64,000 nucleotides of DNA, taken from a bacterium. GTDB lineage: Bacteria; Patescibacteriota; Minisyncoccia; Minisyncoccales; CG1-02-41-26. The stretch spans positions 3,597-67,596 of the forward strand of contig JAUVXX010000004.1 in the NCBI GenBank assembly GCA_030603395.1. The letters run 5' to 3'. Positions 1 to 9,818 of this stretch are shown piece by piece; within the stretch, counting starts at the first letter, position 1, and the number at the start of each line of letters is the position of its first letter. The position numbers and the translations under genes were made by a program. The notes under the pieces were generated by a model. That model did no database searches, was not told where the DNA came from, and saw only the letters and a program-made list of their open reading frames with translations.

Positions 1-26
1 AAGCAACGGCAAGAGCTCTGGAGATA

Positions 27-590
27 GTGGAAGAGAAGAAAAAGGAAGAAGAAGGCAAACCAAAAAAGCCAGAGAAGCCAGAAAAGCCAAAGGAAGAAGA
101 GAAGGTAGACTGGTCGAAGGTAGACTGGGACAAGATGACTCCAAAGAAATTTGCTGAAGCTGTTGACAAAAGAATTGAAGAGAAGGCAGCGGAAAAGGCT
201 GAGGAAATTTCAAAGAGGATTTACTCAGACAGCTCCAAGGCCAGAGATGCAGTAAAATCTGATATCATAGAAGCTCAGAAAGACCATCCTCTCCTCAAAA
301 CCAGCGCAGAGTACCGAGAGTTAGCGCTATCACTTATTGTAGCTGCATCGTCTTCGGGCAAGGAGATTACCTTGAAAGAAGCCTGCACCAAGGTTGATAA
401 ACTTGTTGGGGAAAAGAAGGGAGCGGAAGAGATCAGCAAGGATCAAGAGAAGAAAATAAAGGCAGCAAATGCTGAGGTGGAAACAGAAGGAGGAGCACCG
501 GCAGGCGGAGGAAAGGATACCGAGGCAGAGAAGATCAAGAAGAGAATGTTGGAAGAGGGAGGCAGCGCAGGCGATCTGGGAGGACTCTAA
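27..590 (+). CDS. Phage scaffolding-like protein (K/E-rich, predicted helical)
   Basis: Highly charged 187-aa ORF immediately upstream of the capsid-like gene. The call rests on position and composition only. Confidence 0.45.
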   Translation: MEEKKKEEEGKPKKPEKPEKPKEEEKVDWSKVDWDKMTPKKFAEAVDKRIEEKAAEKAEEISKRIYSDSSKARDAVKSDIIEAQKDHPLLKTSAEYRELALSLIVAASSSGKEITLKEACTKVDKLVGEKKGAEEISKDQEKKIKAANAEVETEGGAPAGGGKDTEAEKIKKRMLEEGGSAGDLGGL

Positions 591-730
591 GTTTAAAAAT
601 TAGAGATCAAAAATTGGGGGAGGAAGCACCCCCGACCGTGAAGCCCTTAACGGGACAACTTACCGACAATCCAAATTGCCCACGAGAAGATTAGTCGAAC
701 TTCTCGGAGTAAGTAAGAATCAACCAAAAT

Positions 731-1903
731 ATGTCCGCAGAAGGCACACGAGGCACAGCCTCAATTTCGGCAAGAAAGTATGATATGGCCGACGTTATTT
801 CGCTATTGGATGTGAACCGCTATCCGCTGTTGGCTATTCTGACCAACGCTGGGAAAGACCCGGTAACCAAGCAAGGCAAGGCGATGAAAAAGAAAGAAAC
901 TACTGACCCTCACTTTAAGTGGCATGAGGATACCCTTGGAACGAGAAAGGTGACTGGAGAAGGAACGGTTGACCCTGATGGCGGAGCTCTTACTCTGGCA
1001 ACCCCTGGTGGCGATGCCATACAAGCAGGAGACATCGTTTTGGTAGCACTTCAGAAATGGGTGTTTGAAGTTATAGCATACGTGAGCGCCACTGAGGTTA
1101 CGGTAGGAGCAGAACTGGGCGGAACAACTGGAGCAGCTGCTTCAGCAGTTGGAGACGTTTGGATTATCGGAAACGCCAACGAGGAAGGAGTTGGACTGAG
1201 GGATATTAAGGGGACAACCCCAGTCGAGAAGAATGGCTATTGCCAGATTTTCAGAACTCCATTCGGTGTCACTGAAACCGCCAAGAACACCCAAGGTCTT
1301 ATTAAGGAAAACGATTTTGACTACCAGAGGAAAAAGAAAGGAATCGAGCACGCAGTGGATATTGAGAGGGCCTTCATCTATGGCATAGCCAGCGCAGACT
1401 TAGGCACTGGAGTAACCCATCCGAAAAGAGCTACTGCCGGGGTGTTGAGCAGGATCACCGTCTATGCGACAGCCAGCGTTGACACGGAAGCAGAGTTTGA
1501 AACCTGGTTGGAAAGCGCTTTTGCCTACGGAAACGTTGAGAAGTATCTCTTCGCTTCCGCACCAGTGATCTCAATGATTAATGGCTGGGCAAAAGGCAAG
1601 CTGGAAGTTTTAGACAAAGCCAAGACCTACGGACTGACAATCCTCAGATACATCTCACCCCATGGCACGGTCAACATCATCAAGCACTCATTGCTGACAG
1701 GAACCGTCTTCGGGAACTACGCCATCATGATTGACATGGAATCCTTGACTTACCGCTACCTGATTAACCGAGACACCAAGCTCTTAACCAATCGACAGAA
1801 TCCAGGAGATGACGAAAGAGTGGATGAGTTCTTGACCGAATGTGGATTGATGATGGAGCAGGACAGCCGACACGCCAAGATGACTAAGGCCGCAGCTCTC
1901 TAA
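731..1903 (+). CDS. Putative major capsid protein
   Basis: 390-aa ORF after the scaffold-like gene, followed by a perfect 10-bp hairpin. Size and synteny are typical of a major capsid gene. Confidence 0.55.
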   Translation: MSAEGTRGTASISARKYDMADVISLLDVNRYPLLAILTNAGKDPVTKQGKAMKKKETTDPHFKWHEDTLGTRKVTGEGTVDPDGGALTLATPGGDAIQAGDIVLVALQKWVFEVIAYVSATEVTVGAELGGTTGAAASAVGDVWIIGNANEEGVGLRDIKGTTPVEKNGYCQIFRTPFGVTETAKNTQGLIKENDFDYQRKKKGIEHAVDIERAFIYGIASADLGTGVTHPKRATAGVLSRITVYATASVDTEAEFETWLESAFAYGNVEKYLFASAPVISMINGWAKGKLEVLDKAKTYGLTILRYISPHGTVNIIKHSLLTGTVFGNYAIMIDMESLTYRYLINRDTKLLTNRQNPGDDERVDEFLTECGLMMEQDSRHAKMTKAAAL

Positions 1904-1940
1904 ACCTAAACGAAAGTAGGATCTAACACTTGCGGTTGGC

Positions 1941-1974
1941 TTCGGGGAGTTTCGTCTCTTTCGGACTCCCCGAA
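1941..1974 (+). terminator. Hairpin after the capsid-like gene (TTCGGGGAGT...ACTCCCCGAA)
   Basis: Perfect 10-bp inverted repeat read directly from the sequence. There is no strong U-tract, so it may be an attenuator or a processing site. Confidence 0.4.
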
Positions 1975-2027
1975 TCAAAGAGACAGTCAACCAAAAATAA
2001 AGGTCGAACAATAAACCAAACAAGATT

Positions 2028-2588
2028 ATGTCATTAGCAAAAAAAGATATCGTCCCAAAATTAAAAGAACTCAAGGTTGAGTTCAATGAGGAAGATTCTG
2101 CCAAAAACCTCGCTAAACTTCTAAAGAAAGCAAATAAAGCGAAGGCAAAAGAGGAGAAACCAAAAGAGAAAGGACCCGAAGGGGCCCCGAGAGAGAAGAA
2201 AGTGAAGAAAGCAAAATACATCTCCCAGTACGCAGAATTGAAGTTGATCAACAAGTCCTCTTACACCAAAGAGGTTGAGGGAAAGGTTGTGGTCGTGGAA
2301 GGGAGTTCAATTCAATTCCACAACGGATTGTTCGAGACCTCTGACCCGAGAGAGATTGAATTCTTGGAGAACAATCCAAACTTGGGGTCTGTTTTTATCA
2401 GAGTGAAGGATCAGGATTTGCAGAAAGCCCGGGAAGAAAAGTTTAAGCCCCTGACAGAAAGACAACAGGAAGAGAAGGCCGAGAAAGAAAAGCTATCAGA
2501 GAAAGAGAAGACATTAGGAGAGGGAGAAGGACTTCCCAAGAAGAGAGGCAAAGGTAAAACATCGAAAAAAGAGAATCCTGCTTTTTAA
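2028..2588 (+). CDS. Phage hypothetical protein with K/E-rich termini
   Basis: 186-aa ORF in the structural block, preceded by the AAAGGTCGAACA motif. Confidence 0.4.
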   Translation: MSLAKKDIVPKLKELKVEFNEEDSAKNLAKLLKKANKAKAKEEKPKEKGPEGAPREKKVKKAKYISQYAELKLINKSSYTKEVEGKVVVVEGSSIQFHNGLFETSDPREIEFLENNPNLGSVFIRVKDQDLQKAREEKFKPLTERQQEEKAEKEKLSEKEKTLGEGEGLPKKRGKGKTSKKENPAF

Positions 2589-2644
2589 GGGCGGGTTTTT
2601 ATTATAAAAGGTCGAACAAAATTAATTAATAGAATTACGTAATT

Positions 2645-2809
2645 ATGCCTCGAAAAGAAAAAGAAAAAACTCAAGAAAAAGAAGAGATGGTTTTGATTTA
2701 TGACCCAGGAAAAGATACCTCCTACGATGTAAAGTTATCATCCGCTTTGAAGTGGATTAAAGAAGCAAAAAAGTTAGAGGCACGACTTAAAGAAGAAGGA
2801 AAAATATGA
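2645..2809 (+). CDS. Small phage protein (54 aa), not in the ORF track
   Basis: ATG at 2645. Its stop overlaps the next start as ATGA (2806-2809), which suggests translational coupling. It is preceded by the AAAGGTCGAACA motif. Confidence 0.35.
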   Translation: MPRKEKEKTQEKEEMVLIYDPGKDTSYDVKLSSALKWIKEAKKLEARLKEEGKI

Positions 2810-3390
2810 ACAATTTAGAAGAAAACGCAAAAGGAAAAGAGAATATTGGAACAGTCCAGGCAAAAGGAATCTTAGAAAGAGCACTTGAGAATGCGGTTTG
2901 GAAAATAGGTAGATGGGCTTCAAAAGCTGATAAGAAAGTAGGGAGAATCTACTCAAAGAAAGAAGCTCTGAGGTTATTTGGAGTACCCCAATTTACAGAA
3001 ATCAAAGGAAATTGTCTTTGTAATGAAGGGATAGAAGAGTGGTTTAAGTTGATTGCCACAACTGGTGCGGTTCAGTATAACAATGCAGGCGCTTATCTGA
3101 TTGTCGGGACCGGCTCGGGTGCGGCAGACCCAACTGATAACCAGGCCACCTTTACTTCTGGAGTGACTAAGGTAATGGAAGCTACCTATCCGCAGGTTGC
3201 GGCGGCAGCCGACCACAAATGCACCTGGAAATCCAGCTACGGTTCTGCTGAAGCCAATCAGGTTTGGGCTGAGTTTGGATTGCTGAACCACGCCACTACA
3301 GGAAAGTTAGCAAACAGGAAGGTATCAGCGCAAGGAACAAAGGCAGCTGGACAGACTTGGGAATTGACTCTTGAGATAACATTAACCTAA
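2806..3390 (+). CDS. Phage hypothetical virion protein
   Basis: 194-aa ORF, co-directional and ATGA-coupled to the upstream small ORF. Confidence 0.4.
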   Translation: MNNLEENAKGKENIGTVQAKGILERALENAVWKIGRWASKADKKVGRIYSKKEALRLFGVPQFTEIKGNCLCNEGIEEWFKLIATTGAVQYNNAGAYLIVGTGSGAADPTDNQATFTSGVTKVMEATYPQVAAAADHKCTWKSSYGSAEANQVWAEFGLLNHATTGKLANRKVSAQGTKAAGQTWELTLEITLT

Positions 3391-3513
3391 AGTTTTTGCT
3401 TTAGGTTTTTGTTTATGAAGGAATGGTTGAAAGAATTTATCCTGAGTTTTGAATAGCTTTACCGATAATAATTTATGCTATTTATCTTTTACAGAAAATA
3501 GCAAGTAGATAAT

Positions 3514-5322
3514 ATGCCTTGGTTAGCGGGTTGGAAAAAAAGAATAAAGCTTGATATTGACTATACCAACAAAATTGGTGCTTCTGTTACTTGGTTTCCT
3601 GTAACTATTCATTTAAAAGATGCGAATGGGGATAGCACTAAAGTTTTTTTAGAAGTTGGAGCAAATTCCAGAAAGATAGCCATCACGAAAGCTGACGGAG
3701 AAACTGAATTAAAGGGAGAGATAGATGAATGGAATTATGACGCTGGAACTCCTGCCAATAGCACAGCAATTATTCACGCAAGCATAGATGGCTGGACTAT
3801 TGATGAAGATACTTCTATCTATCTTTATTACGATAATGACCACGCTGACAATGCCAACATAGGAACTGTTCCAGGTTCTTCTCCTGCTTCGGATGTTTGG
3901 GATGGTAATTTTAGGGGAGTTTGGCACTTGAAGGAAGCAGGAGTATTAAAAGATTCTACTCCTTTTACCAACCCTTCCATTTCAGATAATGTTATCCACG
4001 AGGTAGTTGCGAAAATCGGCAAGGGAATTGAATCCGATGCCGTTAACGAAAGGGTGACTGTGGATGGAGAAGCTGTCAGTCTGAAGATAACGGGACACAT
4101 TACTGTTGAGGGGTGGTTGCGGAGTGAACCAGAAATGCAACCCTACCTTGCCAGTAAGAACTATTCAGCTGAATATGAGTTTAGCTTACGCATTAAGGCC
4201 TCTGGCTATCAATGGCGTTTCTACCGAAACAGTCTTGTTGGACAGATAACTCACCAATCTCCGATAGAAACTTGGTTTCACGCAGTAGCCGTAGATAATG
4301 GAATTAATACTCTTTTCTATGAGGATGGTGACTTGGTAGGAACCACCTCCAGAAGAGATGGTGTGGCTTCAGATGACGATTTGAATTTCGGTAATCGTCC
4401 TGGGATTGAAGTAGGAGCAGAAGCTAAATACGATGAAATTCGCATCTCAGCTTCAGCAAGAAGTGCCGCCTGGATAAAAGGAACTTACAATGCTGGGAAT
4501 GATAGCTTGCTGACTTATGGAGAAGAGGAAACATCAATAACCCAAAAATCAGTTTCAGATGCTGGCTCAGGAGTAGAAATAGTTGGAGTGAAATCAAAAG
4601 TAGGAATTAGTGATTCAGGACAAGGAGCAGAAACTCCAGGAATAAAAGAGCAAATTAGTTTGGCGGAAAGCGGAGTAGGGTCAGATATTATAGCAGCAAT
4701 TACAGGAAAAATACCCGTAACAGACCAAGGAAGTGGAGTAGATATTGCTGCCATTAAACAATTCAGGGAAATTTTAGAAAGCGGAACGGGAAGTGAGACA
4801 TTAAAAATAAAATTAGTAAAAGCGATTACTGATTCAGGAGCAGGACAAGATTTGATTTTAGCCATTAAAGCCAAACTGACTTTACAAGAATCTGGCTCAG
4901 GAGCAGATGTAATCAGTATTTTGTCAAAAATCTTAATTCAGGATAGCGGGTTGGGGCAAGATATAGCTCAAATGCTGGAAATGGTGAACATAAGTGATTC
5001 GGGAATTGGAAACGATATTATTAAAACTATTTTAGCGAAATTACTGATTCAAGACTTGGGATTGGGAGCTGATACATTAAAAGTAGTAGGTATAGAGTTT
5101 ATCCAAGATAGTGGAGTAGGAGCAGACCTGGCAAGTATTTTAGCAAAGATTTTAATTCAGGAGTTGGGAGTAGGATCAGAGAGGGTGAAGGTGCCACCGT
5201 TCTATATCGGCAAATTCACGCCACAGGGCGACGCTTATACTGATAAATTCCCAGAACAAGAAGATGGCTATACTAACAAATATCCAAAACAAAAAACTAA
5301 ATACCAAAATAAATTTTTATGA
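3514..5322 (+). CDS. Fibre or receptor-binding-type protein: N-terminal DUF2341/LamG-like jelly-roll region plus a C-terminal tandem-repeat domain
   Basis: The N-terminus MPWLAGWKKRIKLDIDYTNKIG... resembles the DUF2341 / concanavalin-like lectin arrangement, recalled from memory. About 13 repeats of an x-I/L-x-D-S-G-x-G-x-D unit are visible in the translation. Confidence 0.5.
   Translation: MPWLAGWKKRIKLDIDYTNKIGASVTWFPVTIHLKDANGDSTKVFLEVGANSRKIAITKADGETELKGEIDEWNYDAGTPANSTAIIHASIDGWTIDEDTSIYLYYDNDHADNANIGTVPGSSPASDVWDGNFRGVWHLKEAGVLKDSTPFTNPSISDNVIHEVVAKIGKGIESDAVNERVTVDGEAVSLKITGHITVEGWLRSEPEMQPYLASKNYSAEYEFSLRIKASGYQWRFYRNSLVGQITHQSPIETWFHAVAVDNGINTLFYEDGDLVGTTSRRDGVASDDDLNFGNRPGIEVGAEAKYDEIRISASARSAAWIKGTYNAGNDSLLTYGEEETSITQKSVSDAGSGVEIVGVKSKVGISDSGQGAETPGIKEQISLAESGVGSDIIAAITGKIPVTDQGSGVDIAAIKQFREILESGTGSETLKIKLVKAITDSGAGQDLILAIKAKLTLQESGSGADVISILSKILIQDSGLGQDIAQMLEMVNISDSGIGNDIIKTILAKLLIQDLGLGADTLKVVGIEFIQDSGVGADLASILAKILIQELGVGSERVKVPPFYIGKFTPQGDAYTDKFPEQEDGYTNKYPKQKTKYQNKFL
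4546..5190 (+). repeat. In-frame tandem repeat of about 17-20 aa (DSGxGxD units) inside the fibre-like gene
   Basis: Translation shows SDAGSGVE, SDSGQGAE, AESGVGSD, TDQGSGVD, LESGTGSE, TDSGAGQD, QESGSGAD, QDSGLGQD, SDSGIGND, QDLGLGAD, QDSGVGAD and QELGVGSE. Confidence 0.8.
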
Positions 5323-5987
5323 AATTAAGTGAATTTTTAACAGCATTAAATAATAGAATAGCAGCTGCAAAGGTGAGCGGGTTTTGGACTGATGCCCAGA
5401 AAGAACAATGGATCTACGAATCAGTAGTGAGGGTTTGTAATTGGCAAAGATGGAAAAATTTGGAGCTGGCAAAAAGCACCACGACCAAGGCAAACCAGGA
5501 ATACTATGATTACCCGGCAGAGTTCAAGGCAAACAGCATTTATTACATGGAAGTGGACGGAAAAGAATACATTGAAAAGACCTGGGATGATTACCAGGCC
5601 TTCAGAGCGGCGGGAAGCACTGACAAGATATTCAGCTCGCATAATGGATTTTACTTTATCAATCCAACGCCGGCCACTGAGGGTCTAACCATAGACATCT
5701 GGGGGATTAAAAAACCAGTGGCTTTAGCAACATGGAAAGCAGCCGATAATGATTCGGTGCTTGCAGAAGAATTTGACGAAGCAATAATTAAAATGGCCTT
5801 AGCAACCTGCCTTGATAAAGAAAGGCGAAAGGCAGAAGCAACAGCGGAAAGAAACGAAGTAGAGAGGCCAGCTAACCCAAGAATTGAAGGATCAGGAGGG
5901 ATATTGGCAAAACTGGCCGCCAGAGAAGAAGATGAAGGACCAAAGGGATACATAGGCAAGGCAAAAAGCACAAGGTTCATGATGTAA
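5319..5987 (+). CDS. Phage hypothetical protein
   Basis: 222-aa ORF whose start overlaps the previous stop (ATGA). Confidence 0.4.
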   Translation: MKLSEFLTALNNRIAAAKVSGFWTDAQKEQWIYESVVRVCNWQRWKNLELAKSTTTKANQEYYDYPAEFKANSIYYMEVDGKEYIEKTWDDYQAFRAAGSTDKIFSSHNGFYFINPTPATEGLTIDIWGIKKPVALATWKAADNDSVLAEEFDEAIIKMALATCLDKERRKAEATAERNEVERPANPRIEGSGGILAKLAAREEDEGPKGYIGKAKSTRFMM

Positions 5988-5988
5988 T

Positions 5989-7593
5989 ATGCCAGTCTTA
6001 GATTCATATACAATTGAAAACTTCGCGGGGGGATTAGCAGATGAAGGGAAAAGGGGAGTGCCGGGAGCTTTTAGAAATGGATTCAACCTGAACATTCACA
6101 AAAAGGGAAAGAACACCCTATCTTGTAATCAGAAGTTAAAAAAGATTTCACCAGATTCAGGAGATCACCAAGTAGTGGATAAGGTTATCAAACTTGTCCC
6201 GGTGACAGCCACTAAATCCTATGGGTTTGGAGATGCCGGCAATGTCTATAAGATAGTTAATAGTACAGTTACCAAGATTTATACTGATTCGGGAGCAATC
6301 TTGGATGCCGATTATTTCTACGGTTATCTTGTTTGGACTACCGCTACAAAATTAAGAAAACAAGATGAGACCGTGGCTGATTGGAATGCCACGCCCCCAA
6401 CAGATGTAGGAACACTTACTTCCTGTAGCTACCACCCAATTTTTATAGTGCCAAAAAGCGATTTGATGTGTGTAGGAAACAAGAGATATATAGCAACGGT
6501 AAGTTCCAGTTGGGTATTCAATAATCAGGCATTAGATTTATTCTATGGCTGGATAGCAAAATGTTTAACTCTGATTAAACCCAAACTTTTAATCGGAGCA
6601 ATTAATAATAAAATAGCAGAATTGTTTGACTGGGACTTAACTTCTGAATCTTATGATCCAATAGAGGGCTGGGAGGAGAGAGATATTAATGCATTCCTAA
6701 AAACAATCGGCACAACCTATATTTTTACACCAGACCTTCTTTACTGGTTCAATGAAGGATTATCGGATCGGGCAAAAGAGCTGCCATCAGAAATCAATCA
6801 TGGAGCGTCTGATATTTGGAAAGGCAAAGTGCTTTTCGGGGCAACAAACGGAGTCTATTCTTATCACAAAAAAAACAAGAACTATCCGCTGGCTCTTAAC
6901 CTCGAGTACACTCCTTCTCCGATTACCATAGCGAACTTTGACTCAAAGAGCATAGAGATAGGGGCAGTCCTGGGAAGAGGGGATGACTTGCTTGTCTCGT
7001 GGAAAGACGGCGCGACTTACGGGCTGGATAACATTGATACCAGCAACAAGGCCCAGGCGGTCTATGAGGGATTAGTGTTTGATGCAAAAAAACCATTCCA
7101 GGATAAGCTATTTAGATACATTAAAATCGTAACAAAGCCATTGCCTGGCGGCTGCTCGATCAAAGCTAAATACAGGATGAATGAAGCTGGAGAATGGGTA
7201 AAAGCATACCAGGCGGATGAATCAGAGGCCTTTGATAAAGACGACCATAAAACAGGATCAGTGGCAGTTACTCAAAACTCAAAGACAGTGGCAGGAACAG
7301 GAACAGGATGGGATTCGTCAATGGTGGGAAGGAAATTCAGGGTAGATACCGATGGCGATCTTTACAAAATCGAGGCAGTCGGCTCTGCGACATCTCTCAC
7401 TTTATCAAGGCCTTATCAGGGAACAACGGGAAGCGGAAAGGATTATACGATTCTCGGAGAGACCAAGGTTGTATTCCAAATAGAGGGGGAAGGCGAGGTT
7501 TATGAGGTGAGAGTAGAATTATACCCGAGCGTAAACGACACTCCAGAAATCCTGTCAATCAATTCCTATTTTCAAGCCGAGAGTATTTATTAA
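5989..7593 (+). CDS. Phage hypothetical structural protein (534 aa)
   Basis: Large ORF in the structural block, 1 nt after the previous stop. Confidence 0.4.
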   Translation: MPVLDSYTIENFAGGLADEGKRGVPGAFRNGFNLNIHKKGKNTLSCNQKLKKISPDSGDHQVVDKVIKLVPVTATKSYGFGDAGNVYKIVNSTVTKIYTDSGAILDADYFYGYLVWTTATKLRKQDETVADWNATPPTDVGTLTSCSYHPIFIVPKSDLMCVGNKRYIATVSSSWVFNNQALDLFYGWIAKCLTLIKPKLLIGAINNKIAELFDWDLTSESYDPIEGWEERDINAFLKTIGTTYIFTPDLLYWFNEGLSDRAKELPSEINHGASDIWKGKVLFGATNGVYSYHKKNKNYPLALNLEYTPSPITIANFDSKSIEIGAVLGRGDDLLVSWKDGATYGLDNIDTSNKAQAVYEGLVFDAKKPFQDKLFRYIKIVTKPLPGGCSIKAKYRMNEAGEWVKAYQADESEAFDKDDHKTGSVAVTQNSKTVAGTGTGWDSSMVGRKFRVDTDGDLYKIEAVGSATSLTLSRPYQGTTGSGKDYTILGETKVVFQIEGEGEVYEVRVELYPSVNDTPEILSINSYFQAESIY

Positions 7594-7598
7594 AAAAA

Positions 7599-8993
7599 AT
7601 GCCAGGAAAAACAAAATTTAAAGAGAGAAAGATGAAGGTTTATTATAATCCAGAGATGGAAGACTTGCCATTCCCAGAACTGATGAGCTACAAGCTCCTA
7701 GTGGAGAAGCCCAGCGAATTGAAAGATATTAATGAAACAGAAGGAGTGAAGCTGACAGGGATTGAAGCAGGAGCAGATATAACCGCAACCCATCAGGCAG
7801 CATCAATTGTTGACCAAGGAGACCTGGCAACACTTGACCAAGTAAACACGGCTCAGATTGTTAATGCCGCCATTAAAGAAGCTCAATTAGCAGACCTTGC
7901 TGTTAGCGAGGGGAAGTTAAGGGATGCTGCCGTTGCTTTAGCAAAATTAGCAGACGAAGCAGTTAATGCCGATAAGATCTGGAAGGGTGGCAATGTGATT
8001 ACTTTATCAGCCCAGATCAAAGATGCCATAATTTTGAATGCTCATGTTGATAGCTTGGCCGCCCAAAAAATAACCTCTCAGATAGTGGATGCACAGATAG
8101 CAAACATAGGTTGGGCAAAGATTCTGAACGTGGCAATTGTAGATGCAGATATAGTGAATTTGACCGTAGAAAAATTAATAGGAACTTATCTGACAGGGAA
8201 AACGGTGAGAACAGCAACTTCTGGAGAAAGAGTCCAACTCGATGCTACTTATCACCAAATTGAATTTTATGATACAGCTGGAGCTTTGCAGGGAATTTTA
8301 GATATGTCCACCGAAGGACTCAGGGTAGTCAGTAACATCGCTGCGAAATCTCTAATGTTTTTTGCCAGAACAGCTGGTGGGAGCCTTCAAACAGTTGCCA
8401 CTTTCAAAACCTTGGAATGTCGGTTTTACAAAGATGTGCTGCCTGATGCAAATAATCAAAGAGATTTAGGTTCTCTCTCTTATAGATGGAAAAATCTTTT
8501 TATTGCAGGTGATCTCCTTATTAGTGGTTCCATCTCAGGTCCCTTAAAGCCGGCTGTTGATAACTCCGATTTTATTGGCACTTCTACTTATGGTTGGAAA
8601 AGTCTTTATTTTACAGATACCTATGACCCCAAAATATACAGAGGAGCTTCTATAGAATTAGAATTTGAGGCGGCTAATGTTAAATGCCACAGAAACCTTG
8701 TCACCAACGTCACAACTTTAAATCTTGGAAGCGCTGGAGAATACTGGAATGAGGTTCATTATCAATCCTTACATCCCCATACGCCAAAAATTATTGCTGA
8801 TAAAATAGGGTTTGAAATTCTAAATTCATTAAAAACAAAAAACGGCAGATTAGATGCCGTCAATGTAGATAAGAGGATAAAAGTTAACGGAAGATTAGAA
8901 TTGACTCATTTAGTGATGGCGAACATAGCAGCCACTAAAGACTTGGGAAAAAAAGTGAAAGAATTAGAGTCCACATTGGTTGTTAAAAATTGA
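7599..8993 (+). CDS. Putative tail fibre protein
   Basis: The central region has repeated A-x-I-x-x-A-x-I / DA-x-V heptad-like units (AQIVNAAIKEAQLADLAV, IKDAIILNAHVDSLAAQKI, IVDAQIANI, IVDADIVNL), which are typical of fibre shafts. Confidence 0.45.
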   Translation: MPGKTKFKERKMKVYYNPEMEDLPFPELMSYKLLVEKPSELKDINETEGVKLTGIEAGADITATHQAASIVDQGDLATLDQVNTAQIVNAAIKEAQLADLAVSEGKLRDAAVALAKLADEAVNADKIWKGGNVITLSAQIKDAIILNAHVDSLAAQKITSQIVDAQIANIGWAKILNVAIVDADIVNLTVEKLIGTYLTGKTVRTATSGERVQLDATYHQIEFYDTAGALQGILDMSTEGLRVVSNIAAKSLMFFARTAGGSLQTVATFKTLECRFYKDVLPDANNQRDLGSLSYRWKNLFIAGDLLISGSISGPLKPAVDNSDFIGTSTYGWKSLYFTDTYDPKIYRGASIELEFEAANVKCHRNLVTNVTTLNLGSAGEYWNEVHYQSLHPHTPKIIADKIGFEILNSLKTKNGRLDAVNVDKRIKVNGRLELTHLVMANIAATKDLGKKVKELESTLVVKN

Positions 8994-9446
8994 GTATTGA
9001 GACTTCAAAGATTTAAGTTTATCTGGATGATATCGCCAATCGGCAGGGCGATCATAATCTCTTAATTCTTCTTCTCTATAATGGATACATTCATCAATCC
9101 CAGGAAATGGCATTATTCCGCAGGTTTCCTTAATCTCGATTAGGAGTCGATCCGCTTCCCGGCACGCTTCTTCTTTAGCCAGTTTATCCTCTAACTCAGA
9201 AATGGTTTGTTCTTGTTGCGTGGTAGTTGCTCGAAGCCCAGAAATTATTTCCTCCTGTTCTGCCTGCCTTGTCTCAACGATTCCAACCCTGCCAAAGAGA
9301 TTATCAATTTGGGTAGCAAGAATTTCTACGGCTTCAGAAGGAGTTTTGCCAGCGACAAGAGAAGAGACAAAAGTCCCGCCAAGAGAGATAGTAGGAAGAG
9401 CTACAGCACCGATCAGAACACCAATTAAAAGAGATTTTGCCTTCAT
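8964..9446 (-). CDS. Secreted or membrane-anchored coiled-coil protein. It is the only large reverse-strand gene inside the virion module.
   Basis: Internal start MKAKSLLIGVLIGAVALPTISLGG looks like a signal peptide or TM segment. The ORF-track start at 9479 adds 11 aa. Confidence 0.4.
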   Translation of the reverse strand: MKAKSLLIGVLIGAVALPTISLGGTFVSSLVAGKTPSEAVEILATQIDNLFGRVGIVETRQAEQEEIISGLRATTTQQEQTISELEDKLAKEEACREADRLLIEIKETCGIMPFPGIDECIHYREEELRDYDRPADWRYHPDKLKSLKSQYSIFNNQCGL

Positions 9447-9601
9447 ACAATTTAATAATAACTCTTCGCAAAACACCATGTCAAGAGCAACAATTAAAAA
9501 AATCCTAAAATTTATCTACGAATTTATAGCATTGGGTTATGCGGGGATTTTCTTTAGCGATCAAATAAAAAGGTCGAGCCAAAAACTATTTAAAGACAAT
9601 A

Positions 9602-9817
9602 ATGTTTAATAAAAAATTGAAACAAGAGGATCTGGAAGAATTGAGGAAGAGAACCGAACTGATTAATCAGCATATTTTGATTAGCCAGGCTTTGGAAATG
9701 CAAAAGCGGATTTACATCAAAAATCTTCTCCCGAAATACGGATTAGACATGAACCAGAACTACGAGATTGATTTAGAATCGGGCAAGGTTGAGTTAGCTA
9801 AAGAACCACAAAAATAA
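9602..9817 (+). CDS. Small phage protein (71 aa)
   Basis: ORF preceded by the AAAAGGTCGAGC motif. Confidence 0.3.
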   Translation: MFNKKLKQEDLEELRKRTELINQHILISQALEMQKRIYIKNLLPKYGLDMNQNYEIDLESGKVELAKEPQK

Positions 9818-9818
9818 C

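Noticed and set aside
3514-8993. Diversity-generating retroelement targeting the fibre genes
   Set aside because: The window contains no reverse transcriptase ORF. I could find no template/variable repeat pair with adenine-specific differences.
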